Shown: positions 10,459 to 21,401 of the stretch, piece after piece
How the letters are laid out: every line of letters starts with the position of its first letter
Position numbering within the stretch: position 1 is the stretch's first letter
From: Ostreococcus lucimarinus
Lineage: Eukaryota
DNA: 64,000 nt
Direction: 5' to 3' (one strand)
Assembly (NCBI GenBank): GCA_000092065.1
Contig: CP000598.1
Made by a program: the position numbers and the translations under genes
Notes under the pieces: model-generated
Database searches by the model: none
The model's input: the letters and a program-made list of their open reading frames with translations, nothing else
Told to the model about the DNA's origin: nothing

Positions 10459-11085
10459 TTACTTTACGAAACCGTCGTCGTCCGCGCGCCGCGTCCGCGC
10501 GTTCGCGTCGTTCATCTTGAAAACACCCGCGAGATACCGATAGATGAATCCAGAGTACGGTACCACCGCTCGCCGGTCTCTCGCTCGCGACGCGTCGCCG
10601 ACGGCGGTGGACGTCGTGCGACGTTCTGCGTCGGGAACGCGCATGGCCTCCGACGCGCCCGGGACGTAGTTTTCGTCGCGCGTCGTCTTCGTGTCACCGC
10701 CACGTCCGACCGATTTCTTTGACGCCTTCACCGACTTGAGGAAATGCTTTTGCGCGTGCGATCTGATTTGCGCCGCCGTCCTCGTCCCGACGTGTGTTTC
10801 GATCCGTTTCCAGTCGCGATCGTACAACTCGAGCGCGCGTAAAAACTTGTCGTGTTCGATCCTCGTCCACGGCGCGCGCGTCTTCGTTCGCACGTACGGT
10901 TTTCGCGGTTTCTTTGAACGCATCAGCGGCGCGCGCGCCGTGGTGGCTCTCGCCCGCGCGGCTTCGTTCTCGCTCGCGATTTTTCGTACGGCGGCGTCGA
11001 CGAGCGCCCGCACCGAGAGCGACGACGACGACGACGGCGACGTCGTCGCGTGTTTTTCGCTGTTTGGGCGGTCGTCGTTCGTCAT
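10459..11085 (-). CDS. MYB-related (single Myb/SANT repeat, SHAQKYF class) DNA-binding protein
   Basis: '[48 protein letters not shown]' is the canonical SHAQK(Y/H)F Myb-like domain of the plant/algal RVE/CCA1-like family. It has a Ser-rich N-terminus. Confidence 0.8.
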   Translation of the reverse strand: MTNDDRPNSEKHATTSPSSSSSLSVRALVDAAVRKIASENEAARARATTARAPLMRSKKPRKPYVRTKTRAPWTRIEHDKFLRALELYDRDWKRIETHVGTRTAAQIRSHAQKHFLKSVKASKKSVGRGGDTKTTRDENYVPGASEAMRVPDAERRTTSTAVGDASRARDRRAVVPYSGFIYRYLAGVFKMNDANARTRRADDDGFVK

Positions 11086-11775
11086 CGGCGACGGCGCGTC
11101 GGCGTCTGCCGCGTGACGAACTACAAACGCCCGATGAGACTCCGAGAAGACGACGACGCGCGCGGACGCGCGTCCAATCTCCAGGGCGCGTCGTCATACA
11201 ACCACTTTATATAGAATAATTCGAATTATTATACTGCCTCAAAATCAATATAATGACGACACGCATACCAGTTTACCGTAGAAATGGTAATAGCCCTTTC
11301 GCCAATCGAAGCTCGCGGGTAAGGTCGGTCGATACACACACGTCACGTTTCCTCAGGCTGAGAGCGCCACGCCTTTTGACGCGAGCGATACTGCCTTGAG
11401 CCTTTCTTCACGAGTTTCACCGTAGCGCATCGCACAAGAAAACACAAAAACTCAGCCCTGCGTAGACAGACGAGGGTGGCGCCGGAGTATGACGGCGAAA
11501 CGCGCCGCACGAGTTCAACGGGTTTCTCTCCAGAGCACTGGAACGGCGCGTTTTTTGTCGCGAATCCACGCAGCCCTTCTCTACCGCCGTAAAAGGTAAG
11601 TGCTTGTTGAAAAGCCGTGATTGCTTGCTGCTGCGTTGTCGCGTCAGCCGCTTCGCGCACGTATAAGCCCGCCGCGAGCCGTGAAAGTAAACGGGTACTC
11701 CGTGATGAGCGCTGTTTTTGGAAATCGGGATCCTCGTGGCTCCCAACGTTGTTAGCGAAAGGATGGAACGTGCAT

Positions 11776-12108
11776 TCAGACCGTCGCCGTGTTCGGCTCC
11801 CGTATATTTGCCACGCACTCGTCGTGCGTATACTTCACCTTGTAGTAGGGGTCGTTTTGCTTGCGCTGGTTCGCAACGAAACCCCGGCCGCGACCACGTC
11901 GAGCACACGATCGTTGCCGTGATAACCTGCGATGGTTGCGCGTAAAATGCGAGCAGCGCACCGCAGCGAAGGCAGCACCGCTCAACGCGTACCGGAGAAA
12001 GGTATACGAAGCGATCGCCGCGGGCGTCGCGAGATACGTTTGGTATCCTAGTTTGAGCGGTCTATCGGCGTCGTAGAAAACTTCCGGGGCGGGGAGTATG
12101 GAGTTCAT
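11776..12108 (-). CDS. hypothetical small membrane protein (possibly an exon of a larger gene)
   Basis: 110-aa ORF with a hydrophobic segment and 'NQRKQNDPYYKVKYTHDECV'. The overlapping 163-aa ORF in another frame suggests an unresolved exon structure. Confidence 0.2.
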   Translation of the reverse strand: MNSILPAPEVFYDADRPLKLGYQTYLATPAAIASYTFLRYALSGAAFAAVRCSHFTRNHRRLSRQRSCARRGRGRGFVANQRKQNDPYYKVKYTHDECVANIREPNTATV

Positions 12109-12387
12109 TCAGCCAATGCTTACTCGCCGTAGTCGGTTCATCTGTCGACATGCGTGCTGTGACTCAGGATGCGCGGCAGTGGCGCGTATCGTTAGACTTG
12201 CGACGGTGTGTCTCGCCAGAAATCAAAAGCACACATTTATTGAGTCGGGATGGCGTGGTGTTGTAAGTATTTACGTGGATTTAGCTCATGGCTATTAAAT
12301 GCACGCCGAGGAAGTATGCCACACATACGACGCATCGTGAGTGCGACAAATCTAACATTGCTACCGCGAGAACGTTCGAGTGTGTCT

Positions 12388-13344
12388 TCAAATCAGCGCG
12401 ACGCCAGGAGACCACGGAAAGCGTCCCGCGAATCGTCGCCGAGGACACGCGTCTAAATACGTCCAAAACGATTTGAGTGATTTCACCGTTGAGCTATATG
12501 ACGCGCGTTCGTTGAACGGATCCAGTGCTTGCCCCGTCGACCCGACGTCGTTTCGACACCCGTACGGATCGCGCGCGAACGCATCGCACGCTTTCGCTTC
12601 GCGCGTCGCCAGTTCGTTTTCGTTCACCGCCGCGGTACCGATGTAGGTCATATTGCTCCAGGAATACCCCATCGCGTCGAGATGAAGCTTTTCGAACCGC
12701 GCGCGCTCGACGTGAAACCCGACGACGGTGATCTTTGAAGGAAACTTTCGAGCGAGTTGAAAGAACCGACACACGCTGAATAACGCGTGCTCGAACCCGT
12801 CGTTCGCGTGTTCTTCCGTGAACGTCCTAGACTCGACCTTCGCGTCGACGCCGAACCAATCGTTCGCCCTGGCGACTTGCCAATACGAGCTCGCCCGAGT
12901 CATCACCGCGCCGGCGTCGATTGATTTTCCTCCACTGAAAACGAGCACTGCGTGTGGGTTCCTCGCTGCCTCGCGAACACCGATCTCGATGTGTTCGACC
13001 AGCGACCGTACGTATCCTTCCGACGACGTTTGATCGCGCTCTAAAGCCCAGTCGCCCGGGTCTTCCGCGGCTTTCGCGAAATCGCTACCCAAGTAAACCG
13101 CGCGCGCGGGAACGACGACGAGCTCGTCCACGTCCGTCACCGCGGGCACTATCTTCTTCTCCTGTGCGCTCAGTCGCATCACCGTGTGCGTGATCGCTGC
13201 TCGCGGCGCATGATTCGTCCTCCTGAGCGCTTCTATCGTGACGCAACACACGCACAGAAGAAACCAGAGCGAACGTTCGAGGTTAAGAATCCTCGTCGCG
13301 CGCTTCGCCCACATCCGAGCGTATCGAGTGAACGCATACGTCAC
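12388..13344 (-). CDS. DUF218 (YdcF/ElyC/SanA-like) domain protein
   Basis: 'VVPARAVYLGSDF...HAVLVFSGGKS...' resembles the DUF218 core (a conserved ...SGG... after a beta-strand). The N-terminus is hydrophobic. Confidence 0.4.
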   Translation of the reverse strand: MTYAFTRYARMWAKRATRILNLERSLWFLLCVCCVTIEALRRTNHAPRAAITHTVMRLSAQEKKIVPAVTDVDELVVVPARAVYLGSDFAKAAEDPGDWALERDQTSSEGYVRSLVEHIEIGVREAARNPHAVLVFSGGKSIDAGAVMTRASSYWQVARANDWFGVDAKVESRTFTEEHANDGFEHALFSVCRFFQLARKFPSKITVVGFHVERARFEKLHLDAMGYSWSNMTYIGTAAVNENELATREAKACDAFARDPYGCRNDVGSTGQALDPFNERASYSSTVKSLKSFWTYLDACPRRRFAGRFPWSPGVALI

Positions 13345-13543
13345 GCGATCGCGGACTCGCGATGCGTACGTCGACGCGTTCGGCGCCGCGACGTCGTCGA
13401 CTCGTCGGCGGACGCGCGCGCGTGTCCTTCGTCGCGCGCTGTGCAGGGCCGGAGTTTTTCACGCCCTCGGCTGCGTCAAACAAAAACCCGTCCTCCGAAA
13501 CACACCGGCGTCCTCACACCGCCGCGCTCGCGGCGTCGCCTCG

Positions 13544-15880
13544 ATGCGTCTGCGCGTCGCGTCGCTCTTCTCCGGCATCGGCGGTCTCGATCTCGGGCTC
13601 GAGCGCGCCGGACACGACGTGGTGTTGCGCGTCGAGCGCGACGCGCACTGTCGCGAGTTGCTTCGACGGCAATACCCCGACGGCGCGCTCATGGACGACG
13701 TCGCCGCCGTCATGCCGCGCGATCTCGACGGCGTCGATCTGCTCGCCGCCGGGTTCCCGTGCAACGATTGCTCGTTCGAAAACGCGGCGCGACCGGGTTT
13801 GGAACACGGCCGCGACACGCGTCTCGTGCGACACGTCTTTCGCCTGCTTCGCGAGAGACGCGTGGAGTGGGTGCTCCTGGAGAACGTCGTCGGGCTTTTG
13901 CGTTGGCACAGGCGGCGTCGTCGGAACGAGCGCCAGGGAGAGAACACGTCGCGGTCGCGCGATGCGCGTGCGCGGCCGCCGGCGATCGATCACATCGTCA
14001 CCGAATTCGAAAAACTCGGCTACCGCTGGGCGTATCGCGTGGTCGATTTGCTCGCCTTTGGCGTGCCGCACAAGCGCCGACGCGTCTTCATCGTCGCGAG
14101 CGCGCACGGCGACCCGCGAGACGTGCTTCTGAGTCAAGACTCGCAGTGTCAAGGCCGGTGCGAGACTTTCGCGGCGCACGCGCGCGTCCACCGCCGTCGG
14201 TGTTACGACTGCTTCAACGCGCCGCCGCGCGACGCCGCGACGGTCGAAGCCGTGTCCATCGACGTCGGCGAGAACAGACGACCGCCTCTGCGCGACATTT
14301 GCCAGTGCTTGACGACGTCGAACGGGCGGCGGACGTGCGTGGTGACGCGCGCGGCGAACGACGCGCGCGAGACGTCGACGACGCGCGCGCTCGCCGTCGA
14401 GGACGCCGAACGCCTGATGGGATTCGAGCCGGGGTACACCGCGTCGTGCTACCCGATCGCCGACGCCAACGGGCGCGCGCCGATGAGTTTCAACGTCGAC
14501 GCGCAAACGCGCAAACGGTTCGCGTTGTTGGGGCTCGCGTGCGCGGTGCCTCAGAGTGCGTGGCTCGGCGAGCGCCTGCGAAACCCGTACGCCGTCAAGT
14601 TTCCGTACGCCGCGCTGTGCGCGCCGTTCCGCCGCGCGTGTCCGGGCGGGGACGACGACGACCAGGAAGGCGCGTGGCCGCTCGCAGCGTACAACGTATT
14701 CGAGCTCGACGACGCGGACGAGCCGAGATGGAAAAGCCGCCGACGCGCGCCGAAGACGCTCTCGGAATCCCCCGTCGTGCGCGCGTTCGTGCCGCTGGGT
14801 GAGTTTTTGAAGTTTCAACGTCGCGCGCGGGACGTCGATCCCGAAACTTTGCGCACGTACGCGCGGCGACTCCGCGCGAGCGGCCACGACGACGTCGACG
14901 AGCTCGTGCGTCTCGCGTTGCTCGGCGACGAGCGACGCGATGGCAAGCGTCGGCGGATCGCGGCGCCGCACGTCGGTACTACCGTTCGTCGCGCCGAATC
15001 CGTCTGGTCGTCGAGCGACGACGAACGCGATGATTCCCGAGACGACGATGCGATGCCGACGTTCGGCGCGCGCGCGTGGGTGCGGTGGCGAGGCAAACGC
15101 GGCGACGTGGCGACGCGTTGGCCGTGTCTCGTGCTCGACGCGGGCGAAGATGGGGTGCGAGGCGTGACGACGCATCGCCACGTGGTATTTTTCGACGCCG
15201 CGCGTTCGCACGCGCGCGTCAGATCGACGGATATCGTCGGCCGATTTGGTGGAGACGACGACGACGGCGACAATATATCAGAACGCGCGGACATCGTCGG
15301 CGCGATCGAGCGCGCGAGGGTGTGGAAACGCGACGATCGAAATCACGAGTACGACCCGATCGCGTGGTCGTTTCGCGAACCGACGGCGTGTCTCGAGTGC
15401 GCAACGTGTCGCGAAGACGCGCCGCCCGCGGTGTCGACGCCCGATCGCAGTCGCGGCGGCAACGACGGTGTGTTGTCGCGAAGTCTTCGATCGAGCTTTG
15501 CGTCGGATTCAAAAACATCATCATCATCGAAGTGTCCGCAAGCGACGGAAATAATTCCTCGCGCGCGCCTCGGGCACGTCGGCGCGACGCTCGCGTTGCG
15601 CCGCGGCGACGCCGTCGGACGAAGACTGCGCGTGTTTTGGCCCATCGAAAACGCGTTTTTCGCGGGCACGATCGCGGCGTTCGACAAACAAACGTACACG
15701 TTTCGCGTCGATTACGACGACGGCGACGTCGAGGTGGCGTTCAAGCCGTGGATGGAGTCGGTGTGGCCGCTGAGGGGTGAAGATGAGTTCGCGACGTGTG
15801 GGGTGAAAACCCCTCGTGCGATCACACCATTCAATCAAAACACGCCAGAAATCTGCGAAGCACCAAAGACTCACTTTTAA
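13544..15880 (+). CDS. DNA (cytosine-5)-methyltransferase with C-terminal PWWP/Tudor-like reader domains
   Basis: Motif I is 'LFSGIGGLDLG', motif IV is 'GFPCNDCS' (catalytic Cys), motif VI is 'ENVVGL', and the C-terminal part of the catalytic domain is 'LMGFEPGY...LLGLACAVPQSAW'. After the domain come 'AWVRWRGKRGDVATRWPCLVLD' (PWWP-like) and 'FWPIENAFFAGTIAAFDKQTYTFRVDYDDGDVEVAF' (Tudor/Agenet-like). The track ORF starts at 13238, but motif I lies immediately after the ATG at 13544. Confidence 0.8.
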   Translation: MRLRVASLFSGIGGLDLGLERAGHDVVLRVERDAHCRELLRRQYPDGALMDDVAAVMPRDLDGVDLLAAGFPCNDCSFENAARPGLEHGRDTRLVRHVFRLLRERRVEWVLLENVVGLLRWHRRRRRNERQGENTSRSRDARARPPAIDHIVTEFEKLGYRWAYRVVDLLAFGVPHKRRRVFIVASAHGDPRDVLLSQDSQCQGRCETFAAHARVHRRRCYDCFNAPPRDAATVEAVSIDVGENRRPPLRDICQCLTTSNGRRTCVVTRAANDARETSTTRALAVEDAERLMGFEPGYTASCYPIADANGRAPMSFNVDAQTRKRFALLGLACAVPQSAWLGERLRNPYAVKFPYAALCAPFRRACPGGDDDDQEGAWPLAAYNVFELDDADEPRWKSRRRAPKTLSESPVVRAFVPLGEFLKFQRRARDVDPETLRTYARRLRASGHDDVDELVRLALLGDERRDGKRRRIAAPHVGTTVRRAESVWSSSDDERDDSRDDDAMPTFGARAWVRWRGKRGDVATRWPCLVLDAGEDGVRGVTTHRHVVFFDAARSHARVRSTDIVGRFGGDDDDGDNISERADIVGAIERARVWKRDDRNHEYDPIAWSFREPTACLECATCREDAPPAVSTPDRSRGGNDGVLSRSLRSSFASDSKTSSSSKCPQATEIIPRARLGHVGATLALRRGDAVGRRLRVFWPIENAFFAGTIAAFDKQTYTFRVDYDDGDVEVAFKPWMESVWPLRGEDEFATCGVKTPRAITPFNQNTPEICEAPKTHF

Positions 15881-15996
15881 ACGCTTTGGTTGTGGCGTAT
15901 AACCAACGATGGAGGAAACTTCAACAACACGTCAACTCTGCTCGCGCGTTGTTTTCTCAAAGCGCTTTGACGAAGACTATCTCAATGCGAAACTTG

Positions 15997-16914
15997 TCAG
16001 CAGTTGACAAAAAATAGTTTACAAAGATTTCGCGCGCGCTCGATGACTTCCATTTCGTCGTGCGTAGCGGCGAACTCCAATTCAGGCCACGTCACTAGAG
16101 GCGCGCGCTTTCCCGCGTGCGCGTTATGATTCTTTCGTCGTTCGATGGCGCCTTTGAAATCCAAGTCTTCACACCCGATGAAATGAGAACGCGCGCATAA
16201 CATTTCGAACAGTTTTGAATCGTTCGCGTCCTCAATTTTGAACCAACATTCCGCCGCTTCGTATCCAAGATTTGTGTATGTCGTCCACCACTCTAAACAT
16301 TGCACGTCGTGTCGCAAAGAGTTGAAAACGCTTATGTTGACCTCAAAATCGCGACGAATGTCCTTACCAGCCATTTCAGAGTTGAAATTTGTATCAAATT
16401 GCCACTTCGTTCCTCTGCAGCTGCGTATCACTTGGAGCGGATGTCGAACGATGAGGAAAGTATTCGTGAATACTTCGATTGATCTAATGGGAAATTGTGG
16501 TGAACTCGCCAGCCAGTTTGAGCTTCCGTTCACTCCGAATGTCTCGTGACCTATGTCTACGCCAACATCGCGAAATACTTGAGATACAAAGCCGGTTCCT
16601 GAATAGCCGGCTCCGGTTATGAGAGCTGCGGACGCGATTGCGGATTTGTCGCCCACCCGTACCGGTTTTGAACGACGTCGGAACGACGTCTCGCTGAGAG
16701 CATCTTCTGAGAGACATTGGTCTAGGCATGCGGCACAAACCGTTTCTGATGCAGTAACAAAGAACGAATCGTTCAAATTAACGTACCCCGTTAGCAATAA
16801 GGCGAGAATAGTCGACAGAAATCCACCGACCCTGGTAAAGCGCTCTCTGACTTTGACGAGCGAATACTCGTCACGAGTGACTCGAACTTCACACGCCAGC
16901 GGCGATTCGATCAT
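15997..16914 (-). CDS. type II membrane sulfotransferase-like protein
   Basis: An N-terminal TM anchor is followed by 'AALITGAGYSGTGF', a 5'-PSB-like P-loop (cf. the PKSGTT of carbohydrate sulfotransferases). 'IVRHPLQVIRS' is a 3'-PB-like RDP..vvS motif. Confidence 0.4.
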   Translation of the reverse strand: MIESPLACEVRVTRDEYSLVKVRERFTRVGGFLSTILALLLTGYVNLNDSFFVTASETVCAACLDQCLSEDALSETSFRRRSKPVRVGDKSAIASAALITGAGYSGTGFVSQVFRDVGVDIGHETFGVNGSSNWLASSPQFPIRSIEVFTNTFLIVRHPLQVIRSCRGTKWQFDTNFNSEMAGKDIRRDFEVNISVFNSLRHDVQCLEWWTTYTNLGYEAAECWFKIEDANDSKLFEMLCARSHFIGCEDLDFKGAIERRKNHNAHAGKRAPLVTWPELEFAATHDEMEVIERARNLCKLFFVNC

Positions 16915-17432
16915 TTGAGATCACCACACATTGCCATAGCCATAAAATCGTCAGTGAATGACGCACACGAACGGTTCTGTGTGACTTGCACGGCTGCACG
17001 GCCCAACAGGGGCGACGGTTCGATTGTTTTTACAGCTTCATTTATTACATACGAAAAGAGGCAGCTTTGCGTTGAGGCGACTTGAACCTAAGCTTTTCAT
17101 CTCCACTAGGCCACACCAATGTTCGCGTCGCAGTAGACGTGCAGGACAGACATTCGAATCGGTGCAACGTCGCGCTGTGAGTGGAAAGAACGACGCGGAG
17201 TGGTACGCCTCGATGAATCGTCACACTCTGTCTTATGATGCGCGGATTCACGCGCTGTCGGCGTTCATCGCACGAGTTCTGCTCGCACGCAAATGCGAAG
17301 GCGTACCAAAAGCTATTTCGTGTAGCCCTTTGACAACGACTGGAGGATGGCTGTGCGACCGTTTGGCGCTCGACGCGATTTCCAATTCTGTGTCGATCAC
17401 CCTAAGTAAATCGTAATCTTCTTGTGGGAACG

Positions 17433-18542
17433 TCAGGAATACGTGCTGCACAATTCTGTGACTTGTGCTTTTGCAGACGCGTCGTGAAGTGGATTCACCT
17501 TTAACCAATGCTTGCAGCGAGTACAGTAAATGTCGGTTTGGTTGTCGGTTGTTTTGGCGTTCCAATCTCGTTCCAATCTCGCGCCGATGTCCAGTTCTTC
17601 TGTATCTGAAATCGATTCAACGAAATCTAAGAGTAAATAACATTTGTACCCTTGAAGTCGGATGATTTCCTCCATTAACTCAATCGCTCTGTGAAGACTA
17701 AAGCTCGTGCGCTCGCGATACCACACCGCGGTGTACTCAAAAAACACATTTTTCACCGTTTTCGTTCTGAAGATGCGCATGCCGGACGACAAGACGCTCA
17801 GTTCATTACCTTCCGTATCTATGGCCAATATTTCAACGTCGTCATCATTCAAAGGGATGTCATCGAGCGCGATTGACGACACGATTTTGTGTCCAGCGCC
17901 GACGCCTTCGGCGTGTGTGTGAAACGTGCCAGAGCAAGTGTTGATCGGGGTGTCGATCGCGATCGGCACATCGCTGACGTAGTTGTTATACAACGAAACC
18001 CGTCTGACGAACTGCCGTGGGTACAAGGAAAACGTTTCCTGAATGCCAGAAACACAGAGAGGCAGAGGTTCTACGGCGTACACTCGGTACCCGCTGAGCA
18101 TGAAAATCACGCAGAAAAAGCATTCATGCGCTCCGATGTTTATTGTTGCACCTCTACCACGGGACACACTAGAAATCGCATTAGATTTGTATTCGACTGG
18201 CGTCGAAGCCAATAGATTGCGCAGAATTTGTTGAATTTTCAATTCGCCTCCGTTCACTGGTAACCACTCAAACGTGTCTTCCCTCTTCAGCACGATAGGG
18301 AGATTTACGTAACCGTACACTTCAGTTTTTACGTCCGCCTTGTCTTTGACGAGGGTATGCGTGTCTTCGACGCCGTTTAAGGTGATTTCGCTGATGTTGG
18401 TGTGGCGAGGCGTGAAAACGACCTCTTGTTCGGGGCTCGCTGACACGCTGTAGTTGACACCACGTCGGAGCAGCGTAGGAATAATAAAGAGCGAAAGGAG
18501 AAGCGTATGTTTCGCACGCACTGAAACTTGCAGACTCTGCAT
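17433..18542 (-). CDS. FkbM-family methyltransferase, type II membrane topology
   Basis: N-terminal signal anchor. 'ATINIGAHECF...RVYAVEPLP' is the FkbM DxGAN...afEP motif, and 'ILAIDTEGNELSVLSSG' matches the LKIDvEGaEl.vL.G motif. Confidence 0.55.
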   Translation of the reverse strand: MQSLQVSVRAKHTLLLSLFIIPTLLRRGVNYSVSASPEQEVVFTPRHTNISEITLNGVEDTHTLVKDKADVKTEVYGYVNLPIVLKREDTFEWLPVNGGELKIQQILRNLLASTPVEYKSNAISSVSRGRGATINIGAHECFFCVIFMLSGYRVYAVEPLPLCVSGIQETFSLYPRQFVRRVSLYNNYVSDVPIAIDTPINTCSGTFHTHAEGVGAGHKIVSSIALDDIPLNDDDVEILAIDTEGNELSVLSSGMRIFRTKTVKNVFFEYTAVWYRERTSFSLHRAIELMEEIIRLQGYKCYLLLDFVESISDTEELDIGARLERDWNAKTTDNQTDIYCTRCKHWLKVNPLHDASAKAQVTELCSTYS

Positions 18543-18839
18543 GACCCAAGCGTCGTTCCGGTGAGTGACGTTCGCTGTATGTCGAGCTGTTCTATGTTAA
18601 GTCAAACTGATATGAAGCTCATCAGTTATCGCGTCCTTGAAGAAAAATCTAATAATACGTCGAATAAACCAGTCACGGCTCGTTGCGTATCGGTACTTGA
18701 AAGTGCGCGCATATACAAGTGTACTTTACACTTCAAAATGTTTTCAACGCCTGGAGTGATATTGCTACAAAATTCACCTACTAGATCAGCCACTCGCCTC
18801 GTTTGCGAAGCGAGAGCTTTCGCCGGTGTCTGCGAGCAT

Positions 18840-20162
18840 CTAACGCTCTCCTGGTAGTATCGTTGCGCGTTGATCTATCGCTTGCCCTGTTGGATCCCAG
18901 GAAGGGTATCTCGTCATATTCGATAAGCGCAACGCCAAGGGCGTGTAAAATTGCTCGGCGTTCTCACCGGCTTTGACGAGCTCGTCGACCCTTCTCATGC
19001 GCGCGCCATACGCGCGTACTGGATCGTTCAAACAAAACAATCGCAATTCTTGCATCGTTTGTTCACAAGTCTTATTTGTACCGCTCTTAATGTTTCCTAT
19101 GAAGTCATCGAATCCACCGTATTCCGTCGCCGTCATCATTTTTAGGATATACTGAGGCGGGAAACAATAATTCGTCGCGTGGAATCCTCGACCGAGAACG
19201 TGTTCCATGCGCCCTCGAGGAAGGAGCATTTGGTCGAGGCGATTCGCTACGGTCACACCGGGATCACCGAGCGTCCACGGCATGTTACGCGCCGGAAAGT
19301 CGGATCGAAATGCGAAATTTAGGTTTCCGTACGGAAACCAAATGCCGAAATTACCCGGCAACGCCGTTTCGCAGCGCGCTGCTTTCCAAACGTCTTCCCT
19401 CGCCGGTATCTCGTCCACGTGACCAAAAATAACGAGCGTTTTCTCGTCGTAGCGTTTGGCGAGTTCCCGCGCTATGGCGCTCTCTTTCTCTGCTTCGAAT
19501 TGGAAATTGACCCCGTTCGGCGCCGCGGCGCCGGCTTGCGCGTGTTTGAAAATTTCCACCTTGTCGCGAATCGATTCAAACCTCGCCGTCTGTAATAATG
19601 ATTCAAGCGCGTCAAAAGTGGCTTCGCCTTTGTGCGTGACGTTCGACGTCACGGCGATAAACTTATCGACGACAGGGTGTAATTCGTACAGACGAATCTC
19701 CAACGTATCGACTTCGCCGCCGCCGAAGAGGAAAACATCCACAATATTCCTAGGTTCGTCTAAAGTTTTGCCAGCGTCGCACTCGAATTGAACGCTTGAT
19801 GCGGGTTGTAATGCTATGGAGGAATCGTCATAATCTGTGGGACTCAGAGCCGACGGAAACTGCGCGCGCGTGAGCAGTTCGATCACCCGACGGTGATCGC
19901 TCGATATGCGAACCAACTCTTCACACAGATCACTCGATGGCGCTAACGGTTCATTGAACGCACGAGGCGTGTTCTCATCTGCCGTTTCGCTCACGCTCGC
20001 GTCGATCGATTCACTCTGGTCACCTACTGTGCCGTTCACCGTGACTCCTGTGATGCGAACCAACTCTCGTGGAAAGTCGAAATCGACGTAGAGGTGCACG
20101 TACGCGTAAGTCAGCGTGACGACGACGAAAGCGACGATCTGAAACGCGCGCAGCTGTCTCAT
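18840..20162 (-). CDS. glycosyltransferase family 17-like (GnT-III-like), type II membrane protein
   Basis: 'DVFLFGGGEVDTLEIRLYELHPVVDKFIAVTSNVTHKGE' matches the GT17 core (ELDLLEIRL.EL...VD.FVIVES..TFTG). It has an N-terminal TM. Confidence 0.55.
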   Translation of the reverse strand: MRQLRAFQIVAFVVVTLTYAYVHLYVDFDFPRELVRITGVTVNGTVGDQSESIDASVSETADENTPRAFNEPLAPSSDLCEELVRISSDHRRVIELLTRAQFPSALSPTDYDDSSIALQPASSVQFECDAGKTLDEPRNIVDVFLFGGGEVDTLEIRLYELHPVVDKFIAVTSNVTHKGEATFDALESLLQTARFESIRDKVEIFKHAQAGAAAPNGVNFQFEAEKESAIARELAKRYDEKTLVIFGHVDEIPAREDVWKAARCETALPGNFGIWFPYGNLNFAFRSDFPARNMPWTLGDPGVTVANRLDQMLLPRGRMEHVLGRGFHATNYCFPPQYILKMMTATEYGGFDDFIGNIKSGTNKTCEQTMQELRLFCLNDPVRAYGARMRRVDELVKAGENAEQFYTPLALRLSNMTRYPSWDPTGQAIDQRATILPGER

Positions 20163-20378
20163 GGTGCATGTATGTGACTTGAACCACTTAAATCGAGGAC
20201 GTTACCTTCGTCGACGGTGCGTCCTCGATCGAGCCCCCGAGTGCGGCAACGCGACCGCAGGTCCGCCACTTCGCGGCGTCAACTTGACGCGCGAGAGTCG
20301 AAGAATAAGCGCTTCACGCGTATCGATCGTTGTGTGAGGTAGTGGCTTAAACAGAAGACCAGGTGCGCTGGCAACTGA

Positions 20379-21401
20379 ATGGCTGAACTATCCACGGGGA
20401 AAGTCGAAACCGGCTTGGTGAGCCCAACGATGGGCGTTCGAACCGCCTCGCTGGCGTCGCGAAAGCATCAAGCGCTGGCGCTTTTCATCTTGACGATCCA
20501 AAACACCGCCTTGGTGCTCGTGACGAAGTTTTCGTATAGAAAATCTGCGACGCCTTACGTCGTGTCCACAGTCATCGCGAGCGCCGAGCTCGTCAAACTC
20601 GCTTTGAGCTATATTTTGTTGGTCGCGTCCGACGGACAAAGCGCCGCCCGGGACGCGCTCCGCGAGGTGCCGTCCAACGCGACGCGGCTCGCGGTCCCAT
20701 CCGTGCTGTACGTAATACAAAACAACCTCCTTTTCGAGGGCGTGCGGTTGCTGAGCCCGACCGCATACATGGTGTGTTCGCAGAGCAAAATTCTCACGAG
20801 CACGATTTGTAGCGTCTTGCTCCTAGGAACGCGAATCACGCGTAAACAATATGTAGCGTTGTTGGTCCTCGCGTGTGGGATGATCATGGTACAGAACGAA
20901 GAAGGACGTGGACGCGATTTGCCGTCGGATAGAGCGCAGGTGAGACAAACTGTGCGAGGTATGGTCGTCGTGCTCACCGCCGCGTTTACGTCTGGCTTCG
21001 CGGGGGCGTATTTAGAGAAAATGTACAAAGAAGTGGGCGCTCAAAAGCGATCGGTATGGTTCCGCAACGCACAACTGGCGTGCTTTTCACTTCCAGTGGC
21101 GTTGATCGGATCAGTGTGGCGCGATGGAGAGCGCTTGCGCGCGAACGAAAGCGTGTTTCAAGGATACGACGGCGTCGTGTTGCTCGTCATCGCGCTACAA
21201 GCCGCCGGTGGTTTAGTCGTCGCGGCGGTGTTGCGATACGCGGGAAACGTGCTCAAGTGCTTCGCCGTGTCTATTTCTATATGTAATTGCGCCCTCGCGA
21301 CGACGGTGTTTGCCAACGACGGACACAACCTGAGCGTTACGGCATCTCTCGGCATAGCGCTCGTCATCGGGTCGACGTTTCTTTATTCAAACGTAGTGTA
21401 G
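20379..21401 (+). CDS. Golgi nucleotide-sugar transporter (SLC35A / UDP-Gal/CMP-Sia transporter family)
   Basis: A 340-aa polytopic protein. 'SVLYVIQNNLLFEGVRLLSPTAYMVCSQSKILTSTICSVLLLG' matches the Nuc_sug_transp signature (P..LY.lQNNL.yvAl..L.aatyQV.yQlKIlTTA). Confidence 0.85.
   Translation: MAELSTGKVETGLVSPTMGVRTASLASRKHQALALFILTIQNTALVLVTKFSYRKSATPYVVSTVIASAELVKLALSYILLVASDGQSAARDALREVPSNATRLAVPSVLYVIQNNLLFEGVRLLSPTAYMVCSQSKILTSTICSVLLLGTRITRKQYVALLVLACGMIMVQNEEGRGRDLPSDRAQVRQTVRGMVVVLTAAFTSGFAGAYLEKMYKEVGAQKRSVWFRNAQLACFSLPVALIGSVWRDGERLRANESVFQGYDGVVLLVIALQAAGGLVVAAVLRYAGNVLKCFAVSISICNCALATTVFANDGHNLSVTASLGIALVIGSTFLYSNVV

Noticed and set aside
13238-13543. N-terminal 102-codon extension of the 880-aa ORF
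   Set aside because: It is Arg-rich and low-complexity, and motif I of the methyltransferase starts immediately after the ATG at 13544. The extension is read-through of the GC-rich promoter region.
13186-15211. Long Arg/Ala-rich ORFs overlapping or antisense to the DNA methyltransferase (13186..14802 +, 13514..15211 -, 13362..14132 +)
   Set aside because: The amino-acid composition is low-complexity (poly-R/A/S), typical of out-of-frame translation of CpG-rich coding DNA. The sense frame carries bona fide MTase motifs.
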